Source: Candidatus Anstonellales archaeon (GTDB lineage: Archaea > Micrarchaeota > Micrarchaeia > Anstonellales > J096). From it: a stretch of DNA of 64,000 nucleotides. Below the pieces are notes generated by a model, which was given only the letters and a program-made list of their open reading frames with translations, made no database searches and was not told the origin of the DNA. Shown one piece after another: positions 20,905 through 32,339 of the stretch. Every line of letters begins with the position of its first letter. Within the stretch, counting starts at the first letter, position 1. The stretch is taken from NCBI GenBank assembly GCA_038896535.1, contig JAWACY010000001.1, positions 262,488 through 326,487 on the forward strand, written 5' to 3'. The translations under genes and the position numbers were made by a program.

Positions 20905-22536
20905 ATGGCACAAAGAATAAGTTCAGAACCCCTGCCAGAGAATGCACAAAGAATAATAGGCAGGGATGCAATGAGACTTAATATAGCGATTGGTTATGCA
21001 ATAGCGCAAATTGTAAAAACCACACTTGGGCCAAAAGGCATGGACAAAATGCTTGTAAGTGATATAGGGGATATAGTAATAACAAATGACGGAGCAACAA
21101 TATTGGAAGAGATGAATGTAGAGCATCCAACAGCAAAAATTATGGTTGAAATAGCAAAAACACAAGACAAGGAAGTTGGAGATGGAACAACAACAAGCGT
21201 TGTTATAGCAGGAAATTTACTAAGGAATGCCGGGAATCTTCTTGATAAGAATATACACCCAACAACAATAATAAAAGGATATGAAGCAGCAGAAGCAGAA
21301 GCAAGGAGATTGCTTGATGAATTAAGCGTTCCATTAAAGCTTGATGATACAGATGTGCTCAAAAGGATAGCGCTTGTTTCAATGGGAAGCAAAGGAATAG
21401 GGAGCAAAGCAGAAAAGGAGCACATAGTAAATCTTATAATAGAAGCAATAAAGCTTGTTGCTGAGAAGAGAAATGACAGCATAACAATAGATGTAGACAA
21501 TATAAAGCTTGAGAAGAAGGCAGGAGCAGATGTTATGTCAACAGAACTTGTTAAAGGCATAGTCATAGATAAGGAAATTGTCCATCCGGGCATGCCAAAA
21601 TATGTTAAGAATGCAAAAATAGCATTGCTCGATGCACCATTAGAGATAGAAAAAACAGAGACGGATGCAAAAATAAATATAAATGCCCCAGAACAGCTGG
21701 AGGCTTTCTTAAAACAAGAAGAGACTATGATAAGGAAGATGGTTGAAAAAATAAAAGCAAGCGGAGCAAATGTTGTATTTGTGCAGAAGGGCATTGATGA
21801 CCTTGCACAACATTATCTGGCAAAAGAAGGCATAGCTGCTATTAGAAGGGTAAAGAGGAGCGATATGGAAAAGTTGGCAAAGGCAACAGGAGCAAGGATA
21901 GTATCAACAATTGATGACCTATCAGCAAAAGACCTTGGCATTGCTGGTATTGTTGAAGAGAAAAAGCTAGGAGGAGAAGCAATGGTATTTGTTCAAGAAT
22001 GCAGAGACCCAAAGAGCGTTACAATATTTGTAAGAGGCGGGACAGAGCATGTAGTAAATGAAGTTGAGAGAGCAATAAAAGATGCAATAGGAGCTGTTTC
22101 ATCAGCATTAGAAGATGGCAGTTATGTTGTAGGGGGAGGCAGCATAGAGATGGCATTAGCAAAAAGGCTTAGAGAATTTGCAACAAAAACAGGCGGGAGA
22201 GAGCAATTAGCAATAGAAGCATTTGCAGAGGCTCTGGAAAGCATTCCAACAACACTTGCTGAAAATGGTGGGCTGGATGCAATAGATGTATTGGTTGAAT
22301 TAAGAACAAAGCATGCACAGAAAGGAAATGAAACATATGGTGTTGATGTAATAGCAGGAAAGATAGCAGATATGAAAAAACAGGGGATTTTTGAGCCAAC
22401 AAAAGTAAAAAGACAGGCAATTGCTTCAGCAACAGAGGCAGCAAGGCTAATATTAAGGATTGATGACATAATATCTGGAAAAGGAACAACAGGCAAGAAA
22501 CAAGGAAATGAAGGCGGAGAAATGCCAAGCGATTAA
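20905..22536 (+). CDS. ths: thermosome subunit (group II chaperonin)
   Basis: 543 aa. [15 protein letters not shown] and VxGGG motifs, with C-terminal GGEMP tail. SD-like GAGGTGGTG upstream. Confidence 0.95.
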   Translation: MAQRISSEPLPENAQRIIGRDAMRLNIAIGYAIAQIVKTTLGPKGMDKMLVSDIGDIVITNDGATILEEMNVEHPTAKIMVEIAKTQDKEVGDGTTTSVVIAGNLLRNAGNLLDKNIHPTTIIKGYEAAEAEARRLLDELSVPLKLDDTDVLKRIALVSMGSKGIGSKAEKEHIVNLIIEAIKLVAEKRNDSITIDVDNIKLEKKAGADVMSTELVKGIVIDKEIVHPGMPKYVKNAKIALLDAPLEIEKTETDAKININAPEQLEAFLKQEETMIRKMVEKIKASGANVVFVQKGIDDLAQHYLAKEGIAAIRRVKRSDMEKLAKATGARIVSTIDDLSAKDLGIAGIVEEKKLGGEAMVFVQECRDPKSVTIFVRGGTEHVVNEVERAIKDAIGAVSSALEDGSYVVGGGSIEMALAKRLREFATKTGGREQLAIEAFAEALESIPTTLAENGGLDAIDVLVELRTKHAQKGNETYGVDVIAGKIADMKKQGIFEPTKVKRQAIASATEAARLILRIDDIISGKGTTGKKQGNEGGEMPSD

Positions 22537-22599
22537 ATGAATAGAAATTAAAATATGAATAGAAAAATAAAAAATTAAAGCTTAAATTAAATAAACCTT

Positions 22600-23109
22600 T
22601 TATTTTTTATTGTTATGGATTATTTTTTCTGTTTCATTCTCTAAATGTTTGATAACATTTTCCCTATCAAGTTTTAATGCGCTTGTTTTCCTCACTATAT
22701 CTATATATTTTTCATATTCTTCTCTAAACTGCTCTATATAAGAAAAGCCCGGATTGTTTATTTTGAATATGACTTTTGATATGCTATTGCACAAAGCAAA
22801 TGAGGATATATTTTTTTCAAAATTGTGTGGGTATATTTTGCAACTTAATGGGGCAAAATTAAAAATGCTGCATGTTTTGCCATTTAGAAATATGCATGGC
22901 CTTGATTTTATTGCTAATACATAAAGGCCCTGTTTTGTCTCTATTACTGTATTCCAATTTACTCTTATCATTTTTGGCTCATAAAGGCAGCAAAATTCTT
23001 CTGGCATTTTGCCTGTATTGTCCCTTATTCTCAACATATCAAAGCTTGTTATTGTTATCAGTGCATTTTTGCAACAAACAGCATTGCATATATCGCAAGC
23101 TAAGCCCAT
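22600..23109 (-). CDS. YkgJ-family Fe-S/zinc-chelating domain protein (CxxCxxCC)
   Basis: N-terminal CDICNAVCC motif plus additional conserved Cys residues. Confidence 0.55.
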   Translation of the reverse strand: MGLACDICNAVCCKNALITITSFDMLRIRDNTGKMPEEFCCLYEPKMIRVNWNTVIETKQGLYVLAIKSRPCIFLNGKTCSIFNFAPLSCKIYPHNFEKNISSFALCNSISKVIFKINNPGFSYIEQFREEYEKYIDIVRKTSALKLDRENVIKHLENETEKIIHNNKK

Positions 23110-23324
23110 TTTCTCTTTTTATTTATATTCCCCTCTATAAGGCCATATGCATAGTCACTAGCTCCAAAAGAACTGAAATAATCGCCTTTTTTAAAAAAAT
23201 ACTCTGCATCTTTTATATAATGCAAAGCCTTTTCTCTAATATTCTGATCCATATATAATTTATTATGTTCAAAAAAAGCCTTTGTTTTTTCTAGACTTAT
23301 TAATGCCCTTTGTCTTTCATTCAT
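23100..23324 (-). CDS. small hypothetical protein
   Basis: 74 aa ORF between dinB and the YkgJ-like gene. Overlaps both by a few nt. No recognisable motif. Confidence 0.3.
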   Translation of the reverse strand: MNERQRALISLEKTKAFFEHNKLYMDQNIREKALHYIKDAEYFFKKGDYFSSFGASDYAYGLIEGNINKKRKWA

Positions 23325-23328
23325 GCTT

Positions 23329-24372
23329 TCACCATTCTGTAATTGTTTTTTGTTTTGCTTTTATGAAATCTGAGAAGAATATGCCTGCACGCCTTATTTC
23401 GTTCTCTATTTTTATATCACCAAGCATTTCATTTATGTAGCCATTTATTATTTCTATATTCCTTGTAGGATTTATTTTTTTTGATTTCGTCATTGTTTTC
23501 ATATTTTTGTCAATAAGCATAATTGTAATATTACTTATAAGAATATCATTTTCAAGCTCGTTTATTAGTTCATTTGCCAATCTATTGATAATATTTAATA
23601 TATCATCTTTATTAATTGTATTCTGTTCTAATGTTGTTATCCTTCCTTTTTGTTTTTGTTCCTCGTTTTTAAATTTTTTTCTCATTATGCTTGGCTCATT
23701 ATCTAGAATAATGGCAGATATGTAATCGCCATATTTGTTCGGGAACATTTCCTTTATTTTTATTGGCCCAAGATCTATGAGATTCTTTATATTATTTATG
23801 CCGTTATTTTTTAAATAATCCGCCGTATTTTTACCAACTCCTGGGATCATTGTTATGTCAAAATCTGCTAAATCATTTATACTTCCAACAAACTTTAGTC
23901 CATTCGGTTTTGCTATTTTAGATGCCATCTTTGCCAGTATTCTTGTTTTGCCTATTCCTATAGTTACATCAAGACCAATGGCAGTTTTAATATGTTTTTT
24001 TATGTTAGAAGCAATATTTAATGCATAGCCATCATCAACATCGCCAAGATTGATATATGCTTCATCTATGCTAGCTATTTCAACATTGCCAAAATAAGAC
24101 AGCTCTGTCATTACTCTTTCTGATAAATTAGAATAATAAACTTTGTCTGCTTGTAGAAATACAGTGTCCTCTGTTGCAAGCCTTTTTGCTATATGCAAAG
24201 GCATGCCAGATTTTATCCCAAGCTTTCTTGCTTCATAACTGCATGAAGCTACTGCTCCGCTTTTCCCCTTTCTTGTAAACATGCAAACAACAACAGGTTT
24301 GTTTACCAAATTTTTATTTCTCAATCTCTCAGCTGATGGAAAAAACGCATCAATGTCTATATGCAAGAACAT
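23329..24372 (-). CDS. dinB: Y-family DNA polymerase IV (Dpo4/DinB)
   Basis: FLHIDIDAFFPSAE...VVVC...SCSYEARKLGIKSGMP is the Y-family palm signature. Start placed at MFLHIDID. Confidence 0.85.
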   Translation of the reverse strand: MFLHIDIDAFFPSAERLRNKNLVNKPVVVCMFTRKGKSGAVASCSYEARKLGIKSGMPLHIAKRLATEDTVFLQADKVYYSNLSERVMTELSYFGNVEIASIDEAYINLGDVDDGYALNIASNIKKHIKTAIGLDVTIGIGKTRILAKMASKIAKPNGLKFVGSINDLADFDITMIPGVGKNTADYLKNNGINNIKNLIDLGPIKIKEMFPNKYGDYISAIILDNEPSIMRKKFKNEEQKQKGRITTLEQNTINKDDILNIINRLANELINELENDILISNITIMLIDKNMKTMTKSKKINPTRNIEIINGYINEMLGDIKIENEIRRAGIFFSDFIKAKQKTITEW

Positions 24373-24447
24373 AAATATATTTTTGATAATGATTTTAAAA
24401 TGTTGCAATGGAAAATTATAAAATAGCAGCACAAAAATTGTGCTTAA

Positions 24448-24845
<398 letters not shown>

Positions 24846-24871
24846 GTTTTGTGCTATTTAGCTCTGATAAG

Positions 24872-26233
24872 TTAGGAGTTTTTTGTTTTTTTATCGAAAT
24901 ATGAAGTAAATCTTATTATATCATCTTCCCCTAAATAGCTACCAGTTTGCACCTCTATCATCTCTATTTTATCTTTAAATGGGTTTTCTATTTTATGAAT
25001 TGTTTTCTTTGGAACATAAGCACTTTGATTTTCTTTTAATATTAATGTTTTTTTGCCTATAGTAATTTTAGCCTTTCCTTTTACGATAATCCAATGTTCA
25101 GCCCTATGCATATGCTTTTGCAAAGATAAAGATTTTTTTGGCAATACTTCAATTCTTTTTACTTTATAACCTATGCCTTGATCAAGTATTGTATAACTAC
25201 CCCAAGGCCTATAAACAGTTTCTGGTTCATTGACAAGCTGTTTATTTTTTTGTTTCATCAGCTCAACAAGCTCCCTTATATTGTTTGTCTCATTTATATT
25301 TGATATTAAGATAAAATCACCAGAATTAATAACGCACAAGTTTTTAACTCCAATAAGTGCAGCAGGCTTTTTTGATATTAAAAGATTGCCATTTGCATTT
25401 ATTGTTATTGCTTCCCCTATTATAGCATTTTCTCCATTTTTGAATAGCTCATAAATACTCCGGAAATTCCCGACATCACTCCAATCAAATTTTGCTGGCA
25501 TTAGAATAGCATTTTTTGTTTTTTCTATTAATGCATAATCAACAGATATTGGGGCTATGTGCTTATACAGTTTTTCAATGTCATTCAATTGTTCTTTTTT
25601 TATCCCAGCATGTTTTATTGCTTCATTTATAAATAATGATTTTTTAAACATGAACATTCCGCTGTTCCAAAATGCCCCTCTTTTTATTAATGAACCAGCA
25701 GTTTTTTTATCTGGTTTTTCTATAAATTTTTTTATCTTGTAAAAATAGCTATTTATTTTCTCATTCTCCGGCATTATGTAGCCATATTCGCTACTAGGGT
25801 TTTTTGGTTTTATGCCAAAACAGACTATGTTGTTTTTTGCAATGCCATTTGCTTGTTTCAATTGCTCTGTTAAAGTTTTTGTATCACTTATATAATGATC
25901 AGATGGCATGACAATAACGTTCTCATTATCATCAATGTTCATCAACCCAAGCAAAATAGCGGGGAATGTGTTTTTTTGTTCTGGTTCAATGATAACGTTT
26001 GACATGTTAAAATCTTTACATATTTCATTTATCTGTGCCTTTGCTAGTAACTCTTGCTCTTTGTTTGTTATTATCAATACATTAGATTTTCTCATGAGCA
26101 TCAATGCCCTTTTCAATGTAAGCTGGAGAAGTGAAAGGCCATTAAAGAGCTTGATGAATTGCTTTGGCATTATTGTCCTGCTCAAAGGAAAAAGTCTTGT
26201 CCCGCTCCCGCCAGCCAATATTATTGAGTGCAT
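24872..26233 (-). CDS. bifunctional mannose-1-phosphate guanylyltransferase / mannose-6-phosphate isomerase (cupin C-terminus)
   Basis: ILAGGSGTRLFPLS nucleotidyltransferase N-terminus and a C-terminal cupin domain. 453 aa. Confidence 0.85.
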   Translation of the reverse strand: MHSIILAGGSGTRLFPLSRTIMPKQFIKLFNGLSLLQLTLKRALMLMRKSNVLIITNKEQELLAKAQINEICKDFNMSNVIIEPEQKNTFPAILLGLMNIDDNENVIVMPSDHYISDTKTLTEQLKQANGIAKNNIVCFGIKPKNPSSEYGYIMPENEKINSYFYKIKKFIEKPDKKTAGSLIKRGAFWNSGMFMFKKSLFINEAIKHAGIKKEQLNDIEKLYKHIAPISVDYALIEKTKNAILMPAKFDWSDVGNFRSIYELFKNGENAIIGEAITINANGNLLISKKPAALIGVKNLCVINSGDFILISNINETNNIRELVELMKQKNKQLVNEPETVYRPWGSYTILDQGIGYKVKRIEVLPKKSLSLQKHMHRAEHWIIVKGKAKITIGKKTLILKENQSAYVPKKTIHKIENPFKDKIEMIEVQTGSYLGEDDIIRFTSYFDKKTKNS

Positions 26234-26280
26234 AAAAAATTTTTAAGAAAAGATTAAAAAAGAGAATCATAAGTTTTTTT

Positions 26281-27399
26281 ATGGATGAGCTTGAAAGTGA
26301 TAAGCAGGAAAAGCAAGAAAGCCCAGAAGAACAAAGGCTTAAAAAGATAGGGCTATTGCCTGGAAGCCCAGTCTATCTAGGAGAGAAGAGTGAAGTAAAG
26401 CCAAAATTAATAGTAATATCATATGATAAAAACTCATATTATGAAAATGTTATAGATATAAGAGAAAAAAGCGCATTTGAGAATGAACTCAAAAAACTGC
26501 TTAAAAAGAAGCCATTTGTTAACTGGGTCATATTTATAGGAGTAAATAATATTGACATTCTTCAAAAATTAGGAGAATTTTTTAATTTGCATGCTTTAAC
26601 AATTGAAGACATTGCCAACACACACCAAAGGCCGAAAATTGAATCCTATGATAATTATATTTACATCGTTGGCAAAATACTTGGTTATGAATCATTTGCA
26701 GAAGATATAAATCATGAACAGATTAGCATTGTAATAAGTAAGAATACATTAATAAGCTTTCATGAAACAGAGCATCAAATTATAGAAACAATAAGACATA
26801 GAATAGAAAAAAATAGAGGAGAAATAAGAAAAAGGCATGTTGATTATTTGGCTTATTCCATATTTGATGTCATGATAGATAAATATTTCGAATTACTTGA
26901 AAAATTAAGTGAAGTAATAGAAGAACTGGAAGAAGAAGTAATAAAAAATCCAAATATAGATATAATAATAAAAGTAGAGCAGATAAAAAGAAAGATCATT
27001 ATGCTCAGGCGTATTTTATGGCCTTCAAGAGAGGTAATAAATAAATTCTCTTCCCCAGATTTTACTTTTGTTAAGAAATCAACAAGATTTTATTTAAGAG
27101 ATGTGCATGATCACATCATACAAGTGCTCGAGACAATAGAAACATATAGGGATGTATTAGCTAGCATGATCGATATTTATTTATCATCTATAAATAATAA
27201 GATAAATGAAGTAATTAAAGTGCTTACGATAATAACTACGATATTCATTCCATTAACATTTATAACAAGCGTTTATGGCATGAATTTTAAGTATATGCCA
27301 GAGTTAGAATGGCAATATGGCTATTATGCAGTTTGGGCAGTGCTATTTTTAATAGCTGTTTTTATGGTATTATTCTTTAAGAGGAAAGGTTGGTTATAA
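26281..27399 (+). CDS. corA: CorA-family Mg2+/Co2+ transporter
   Basis: C-terminal two TM helices with the YGMNF motif. Confidence 0.85.
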   Translation: MDELESDKQEKQESPEEQRLKKIGLLPGSPVYLGEKSEVKPKLIVISYDKNSYYENVIDIREKSAFENELKKLLKKKPFVNWVIFIGVNNIDILQKLGEFFNLHALTIEDIANTHQRPKIESYDNYIYIVGKILGYESFAEDINHEQISIVISKNTLISFHETEHQIIETIRHRIEKNRGEIRKRHVDYLAYSIFDVMIDKYFELLEKLSEVIEELEEEVIKNPNIDIIIKVEQIKRKIIMLRRILWPSREVINKFSSPDFTFVKKSTRFYLRDVHDHIIQVLETIETYRDVLASMIDIYLSSINNKINEVIKVLTIITTIFIPLTFITSVYGMNFKYMPELEWQYGYYAVWAVLFLIAVFMVLFFKRKGWL

Positions 27400-27426
27400 A
27401 AAAATATGGCTTTATATTATATATAA

Positions 27427-27499
27427 GCTCCTGTAGTCTAGTGGACAAGGATGCCGGACTCTCACTCCGGCGACCCGGGTTCGAATCCCGGCAGGAGCA
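27427..27499 (+). tRNA. tRNA-Glu(CTC)
   Basis: Acceptor GCTCCTG/CAGGAGC. Anticodon stem CCGGA/TCCGG with loop CTCTCAC. T-arm CCGGGTTCGAATCCCGG. Confidence 0.75.
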
Positions 27500-28012
27500 C
27501 TATTTTTCCTTTATTGATATCATGCAAGAGCCTTCTTTATATGTATTATCAACAAAAACCTCCAGTGCATTTTCATAAGATTGAGTAAGTGAACTATTGC
27601 CACCTTTTACTATTATGCTATAGCATCCTGAATCTGATATTAATTTTATACATTCATTTATAGTGGCGTTTAACTCTCTCCCATTGCATGGAAAACTTGT
27701 ACATTTATCTTGTATTATTGCTATACAGTTGTTATTTTCCAATCCATAATAATCGATTCTTTTTTTTGGAAAAGCATTCATTGCAGATTGAAAATATGAA
27801 AGAGCGCAATTTATTGAATTATCATCATTAATTCCATTTTTTTCAATCACTATGCATAAAGGCCTTTTTATGATATTTGTTTGCATTTCCTGTATTGATA
27901 TATTTTTGCCCTTATCTATCACAATGTTTTGTGCGTTCAGAAATAGCGTATGGTATATAAGAAAGATAGCAATAATAAACATAACTAGTGCAATAAGCCA
28001 TTTATTAATCAT
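27500..28012 (-). CDS. Cys-rich secreted/membrane-anchored hypothetical protein
   Basis: 170 aa. N-terminal signal anchor and at least 9 Cys in the mature part. Confidence 0.4.
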   Translation of the reverse strand: MINKWLIALVMFIIAIFLIYHTLFLNAQNIVIDKGKNISIQEMQTNIIKRPLCIVIEKNGINDDNSINCALSYFQSAMNAFPKKRIDYYGLENNNCIAIIQDKCTSFPCNGRELNATINECIKLISDSGCYSIIVKGGNSSLTQSYENALEVFVDNTYKEGSCMISIKEK

Positions 28013-28016
28013 AACA

Positions 28017-30059
28017 TCACTTTAAAGCAACCGACAAATAACATTTATTGTAATCATTTTCTGTTAAACTTGAATACAAAACTGGTTCTGCAATGAAATT
28101 ACTATAAATTGAACTTGGCTCTTTGATATCTAATATTACTGCATTAGCCTTTGTCATTGCTTGATTGCAAAGTTCCATTATTTGCTGACTTCCGTTTATT
28201 ATGCATCTGCCGTCTTTTATTTCTACTACTTTAGCATTCAATACTTTTGCAATCTCATTACCGCATGCCTTTGCTTTCTCTGATTTTATTACAACGTAAG
28301 ATGGCAGGTTTAGGTCAATTGCTTTTTTAAAATCACTTATTGACCCTTTATTAATAGCATAATCAAAAGTTAAGAAAGCCGAAACAGAGACGGAGATAAA
28401 TAATATAATTGATATTAAGAGAATAAATACAAGGAAATAAATCCTTCCGCTCCTTTCCTTCTTCTTATCAATATTTTTTATACCAGCATAAAAGCCAACA
28501 ATGGAAATCCATAATAAGAATGATGCAAATGAAAGACCAATTAATAACGCATTTGTAATTGCCAATGTTTGTAATGCCTGTGTTTTTTGCTCAGGATTAG
28601 TTGGCATTAAGGGCGATATTGGCTTATAAAGTGCCCTGAAATAATTGATGAATGCATTTGTTATAACAACATTTAATGACGTCTTCTTCTGCGAGGCAAA
28701 AGACAGTAATGTTGATGAAAAGTTTGTATACTCACTCTTAAAAATGCTTAAAGAGTCTGGGCTCATTTTCCCTGTAATGGCATTGTTCAGACTTTTTCTT
28801 TTTTCAGTTATAGTCTGCTTTAACAGGGGGTCTGAAATGTCATTTATGTATGTAATATAAAGGGCTTCTGCCCTCTTTGTTTCCTCATCAAAGGCAGCAA
28901 GCTGTTCTTCATAACTTTTTGTTTTATTTGAAATGAGATTTATGGTGTTAGTTAGATTTTTCACCATACTCTCTATATTAGTAAAATTGTTTGACTCCAA
29001 TAAACTGCTTATGTTTGTCTTTAACTCATTGACAAGTGCAATGCTTGAGCTGTAATTTTTATCATCTATTCTTGAAGTAATGCTTTTTGTCCTGTTATAG
29101 AGTGAATCCCAACCATTTAATATAGCATTAAGCTGATTGCTATATTTCAATCTCAATAACCTATTTTCTTTATTCCCAACTCTTTCATGGATTGATTGTA
29201 TAAATGAGGCCTTTATACTATCAAAATCTTTTAAAGGTTTGGATGTGTTTATTACATAAGATAATTGTTTATCTATATTATCAAATGCAGTATTATTTAT
29301 TATCAGCTCATCGCATATTCCATAACAAGTAGGACATTCGCTTATTTTTGGATTGCCATTTTCATCTCTTGGGTATCTAAATCTATTCTGTTTTAAGGCT
29401 TTAATGCTGTTGTTCATTGATTTGAGAGCATCATAAGCTTGGGCGTATGCTTGTCCTATAAGTAAAGGCTCTGTTATTGTTAATGCCTGCTTTATTGCTG
29501 AAATTTTTGAATCTATATTATAAGAATCGTTAAAGAATTCTTCTATATAAGGCATTATTGTTTTATAGTCATTGCATCCTATGGAACTTGAATATAACTG
29601 ACATACAACAACAGCATATCTTTGGTAAACAGAAGAAAAACCAGCAGGATCTTGTGGGTTTGGTAAGTTCTCTCCCAAAACCTTCCTGCATCCAAGTTCT
29701 TCATTGCCAAGCCCATCTTGCCTGCTCTTATTCAGTGCATCCAGAGAAGTTGATATAAGAGAAACAATAGAACTTAAGTTAGTTGGATAGTATTTTTGCA
29801 CATAAAAATTGTATAATACCATTTCGATTTCTTCATCCTTATCTATTACAGATTCATTCTTAACTAACAAAGCAACCTTATTGTTTATATAAATAAAAGT
29901 ATAAATGCTATTATTATAAGTAAAGTTTTCCTGCTCTATTGTTGCATTCGTTTCATTATCAAGTAAATAATCACTAACGTTAAGTGCAAAAACAACGCCA
30001 AAGTTAAGTAAAAAGATACATAATAAAAGAAAAATACCAGCGTTTTTTATCATGAACAT
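28017..30059 (-). CDS. large extracellular glycoprotein-like hypothetical protein with C-terminal TM pair
   Basis: 680 aa. Signal peptide, many N-x-S/T sequons, two TM helices near residue 500, then a Cys-containing C-terminal domain. Confidence 0.45.
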   Translation of the reverse strand: MFMIKNAGIFLLLCIFLLNFGVVFALNVSDYLLDNETNATIEQENFTYNNSIYTFIYINNKVALLVKNESVIDKDEEIEMVLYNFYVQKYYPTNLSSIVSLISTSLDALNKSRQDGLGNEELGCRKVLGENLPNPQDPAGFSSVYQRYAVVVCQLYSSSIGCNDYKTIMPYIEEFFNDSYNIDSKISAIKQALTITEPLLIGQAYAQAYDALKSMNNSIKALKQNRFRYPRDENGNPKISECPTCYGICDELIINNTAFDNIDKQLSYVINTSKPLKDFDSIKASFIQSIHERVGNKENRLLRLKYSNQLNAILNGWDSLYNRTKSITSRIDDKNYSSSIALVNELKTNISSLLESNNFTNIESMVKNLTNTINLISNKTKSYEEQLAAFDEETKRAEALYITYINDISDPLLKQTITEKRKSLNNAITGKMSPDSLSIFKSEYTNFSSTLLSFASQKKTSLNVVITNAFINYFRALYKPISPLMPTNPEQKTQALQTLAITNALLIGLSFASFLLWISIVGFYAGIKNIDKKKERSGRIYFLVFILLISIILFISVSVSAFLTFDYAINKGSISDFKKAIDLNLPSYVVIKSEKAKACGNEIAKVLNAKVVEIKDGRCIINGSQQIMELCNQAMTKANAVILDIKEPSSIYSNFIAEPVLYSSLTENDYNKCYLSVALK

Positions 30060-30101
30060 TATTTTAGTGATGTATTTAAAAATATATTTGAAAAACCATT
30101 T

Positions 30102-31370
30102 ATGCCAAGTAAAAGCTCAGACATGCAATTAGGCATAAAAAAGGATAGCATATTAAAAAATAAATTTATATCACTTGCAGTAGGTATTTTATGCATTTTA
30201 ATTGTTTATTCTATAATTCAAGCCAATTTATCTGGCATTGTGAAATTTATTTATTCTGTTTTAATATTGTATACAATTTCTCTCTATTACAAGCATGTTT
30301 ATAAACTTGAATCGATATATGGTTTTTTATTATTAAGGAGCAATAAAGGGCTTTTTTTTATTCAGAAGTTTGCTTTGAAATATGCGAATTATATTAATGT
30401 TGTATCAGATGTTTATTATGCAATGCTTTTTGGCCTATCTTTTCTTTATTTTGCGAAATGGCTTGATATTGGGAAAAGAATTATATGCTTGCTAACAGCA
30501 TTTATAATCCTCTTTTTATTGTCAATAACAGCCTTTATTGGAATTGCCTATTTTGTTAACTTTTCAGATTTCAAACCAACATTAAGCCAGCAATCAGCAC
30601 AAACAGATTTATTGCCATTCGTATTTGTTATTGGCGGCATATTTTTTGGGATGATAATTATGCTTATTGATGGTGGTTATAAGACACTAATGCTGATAAT
30701 ACAAAAAATCTCTGGTCAGCATGTCATTGTAAAAGAGGGCGTAGCATTGATATTGCCTGGCATAAACATTCCGTTGTTTGAAGGTATTTTGGCATTAGTA
30801 GTCATATTAATTGTGCACGAATTCGCCCACGCAATAGTTGCGGTTGTGCACAGAATAAAATTAAAAAATACCGGCTTTGTATTCTTTGGTTCTTTGCCAG
30901 TTGGTGCTTTTGTTGAGCTTGATGAGAAAAAACTTTTTGCTAGTCCAAACAAAGCGCAAGTAAGAGTATTATCAGCAGGCATAGGAGCAAATATTTTAAC
31001 AGCTATAATATTCACTATATTCTTTCTTATATTCCTTATCTTAACTACTTCTTATACAATGATGGGATGTTATGCAAAGGATAGCGCCCCCTATATCGTA
31101 TTAATAGATAAGGCAAATCCGTGCATAAAAGCCGGCCCATTGTCTATTATAAGAGTTTACCCAGACCAGATATTAAATTCAATATATAATTTCTTTGGGC
31201 TTGTTATTGCATTAAACGTTTTTGTTGGTCTTATGAATGCATTACCTCTTCCATTCTTTGACGGGGGCTATATAATTAAAGCGACAATAAATAATGATTT
31301 AATAAATAATGCAATTATCGCTTTAGTATTAATAGGATTCATTATCCTCATAGTGCCGGCGTTTATATAA
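30102..31370 (+). CDS. site-2 protease (M50 family) intramembrane metalloprotease
   Basis: HEFAHA (HExxH) within a TM helix. Polytopic membrane protein of 422 aa. Confidence 0.7.
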   Translation: MPSKSSDMQLGIKKDSILKNKFISLAVGILCILIVYSIIQANLSGIVKFIYSVLILYTISLYYKHVYKLESIYGFLLLRSNKGLFFIQKFALKYANYINVVSDVYYAMLFGLSFLYFAKWLDIGKRIICLLTAFIILFLLSITAFIGIAYFVNFSDFKPTLSQQSAQTDLLPFVFVIGGIFFGMIIMLIDGGYKTLMLIIQKISGQHVIVKEGVALILPGINIPLFEGILALVVILIVHEFAHAIVAVVHRIKLKNTGFVFFGSLPVGAFVELDEKKLFASPNKAQVRVLSAGIGANILTAIIFTIFFLIFLILTTSYTMMGCYAKDSAPYIVLIDKANPCIKAGPLSIIRVYPDQILNSIYNFFGLVIALNVFVGLMNALPLPFFDGGYIIKATINNDLINNAIIALVLIGFIILIVPAFI

Positions 31371-32225
31371 TTAAATTTTCTTTATTTTTGCAATGAAAAA
31401 TGCCTCACTCTCAACATGCCATGGGTATATTCTTTTTACATAATCCCTGCACATAAAGCCTTGCTCTCCTTTTTCACATTTTATTGGAAGTGAAAAATGC
31501 ATGAGCTTGGCATTGTCCCTTTTTTCAATTAAAAAATCAATGACATTTTCATTTTCTTCTGTTGTAATAGTGCATGTGCTGTAAACAAGTTCTCCATTTC
31601 TTTTCAGTGAATCAAAACATGACAATATCATTGCTTTTTGTATTTTTGACATTGTTTTTGGCAAATTTTTATTTATTTCTAATCTTTTCCAAGCATTTAT
31701 ATGACTTCCTAAAGCTGAACAAGGAGCATCTAGTAAACATTTTGTAAAATAATCCTTCCATGGCAATTTTTTTGCATCATATGAAGTTATACCAGTATTT
31801 ACTATGCCAAGTCTTGATAATGTTGATATAAGTGCTCTGTGTCTGTTTTTTCTATCATTTGCTATTATTGCCCCTTCGTTTTTCATTAGTGCAGCCATAT
31901 GACTTGTTTTACTACCCGGGGAGGCTGTTGCATCCAATATTACATCAAATTTATTTAAAGATGAAAAAGCCAGTGGAACAAGACAGGATGAAAAGCTTTG
32001 AACATGAATAAGGCCAGCTTTAAATTCAGGTAATGCTCCAGGCTTAAAAGCGTTTATTGAAAATACATCTGGCAGAGGTGTTTTTTCTAATTCTACATCT
32101 TCTAATAAGTTCAATAAGGCAGATGGGGTTATGGCTAATGTATTTACTCTTATATACTTTTTTAATGATGACAAGCATCTAATGATTGATTCTTCTAGCC
32201 CTTTTTCTAATGGTTCATAATTCAT
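31371..32225 (-). CDS. NOL1/NOP2/Sun-family RNA cytosine-C5 methyltransferase
   Basis: DATASPGSKTSH SAM-binding motif, DAPCS catalytic motif and TCT motif. Confidence 0.8.
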   Translation of the reverse strand: MNYEPLEKGLEESIIRCLSSLKKYIRVNTLAITPSALLNLLEDVELEKTPLPDVFSINAFKPGALPEFKAGLIHVQSFSSCLVPLAFSSLNKFDVILDATASPGSKTSHMAALMKNEGAIIANDRKNRHRALISTLSRLGIVNTGITSYDAKKLPWKDYFTKCLLDAPCSALGSHINAWKRLEINKNLPKTMSKIQKAMILSCFDSLKRNGELVYSTCTITTEENENVIDFLIEKRDNAKLMHFSLPIKCEKGEQGFMCRDYVKRIYPWHVESEAFFIAKIKKI

Positions 32226-32339
32226 TAAAGTATTTTTGCAGCATCTGCTTTAAAACCTATTTTTGCATGCATGCTATAGCAAAATCGTTTTGACTTGCTT
32301 TGCCCCTCCTAAATAATGCTGAATGTAATCATTAAGCAA

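Noticed and set aside
20994-22528. Minus-strand ORFs (20994-21794, 22122-22496, 22169-22528) and other long antisense ORFs
   Set aside because: They are antisense to the thermosome gene and low-complexity, so they are frame artefacts. The same applies to the antisense ORFs across atpI, nrdJ, lonB and the ribosomal protein genes.
27390-27578. 62-aa plus ORF
   Set aside because: It fully contains tRNA-Glu(CTC) and is not a protein gene.
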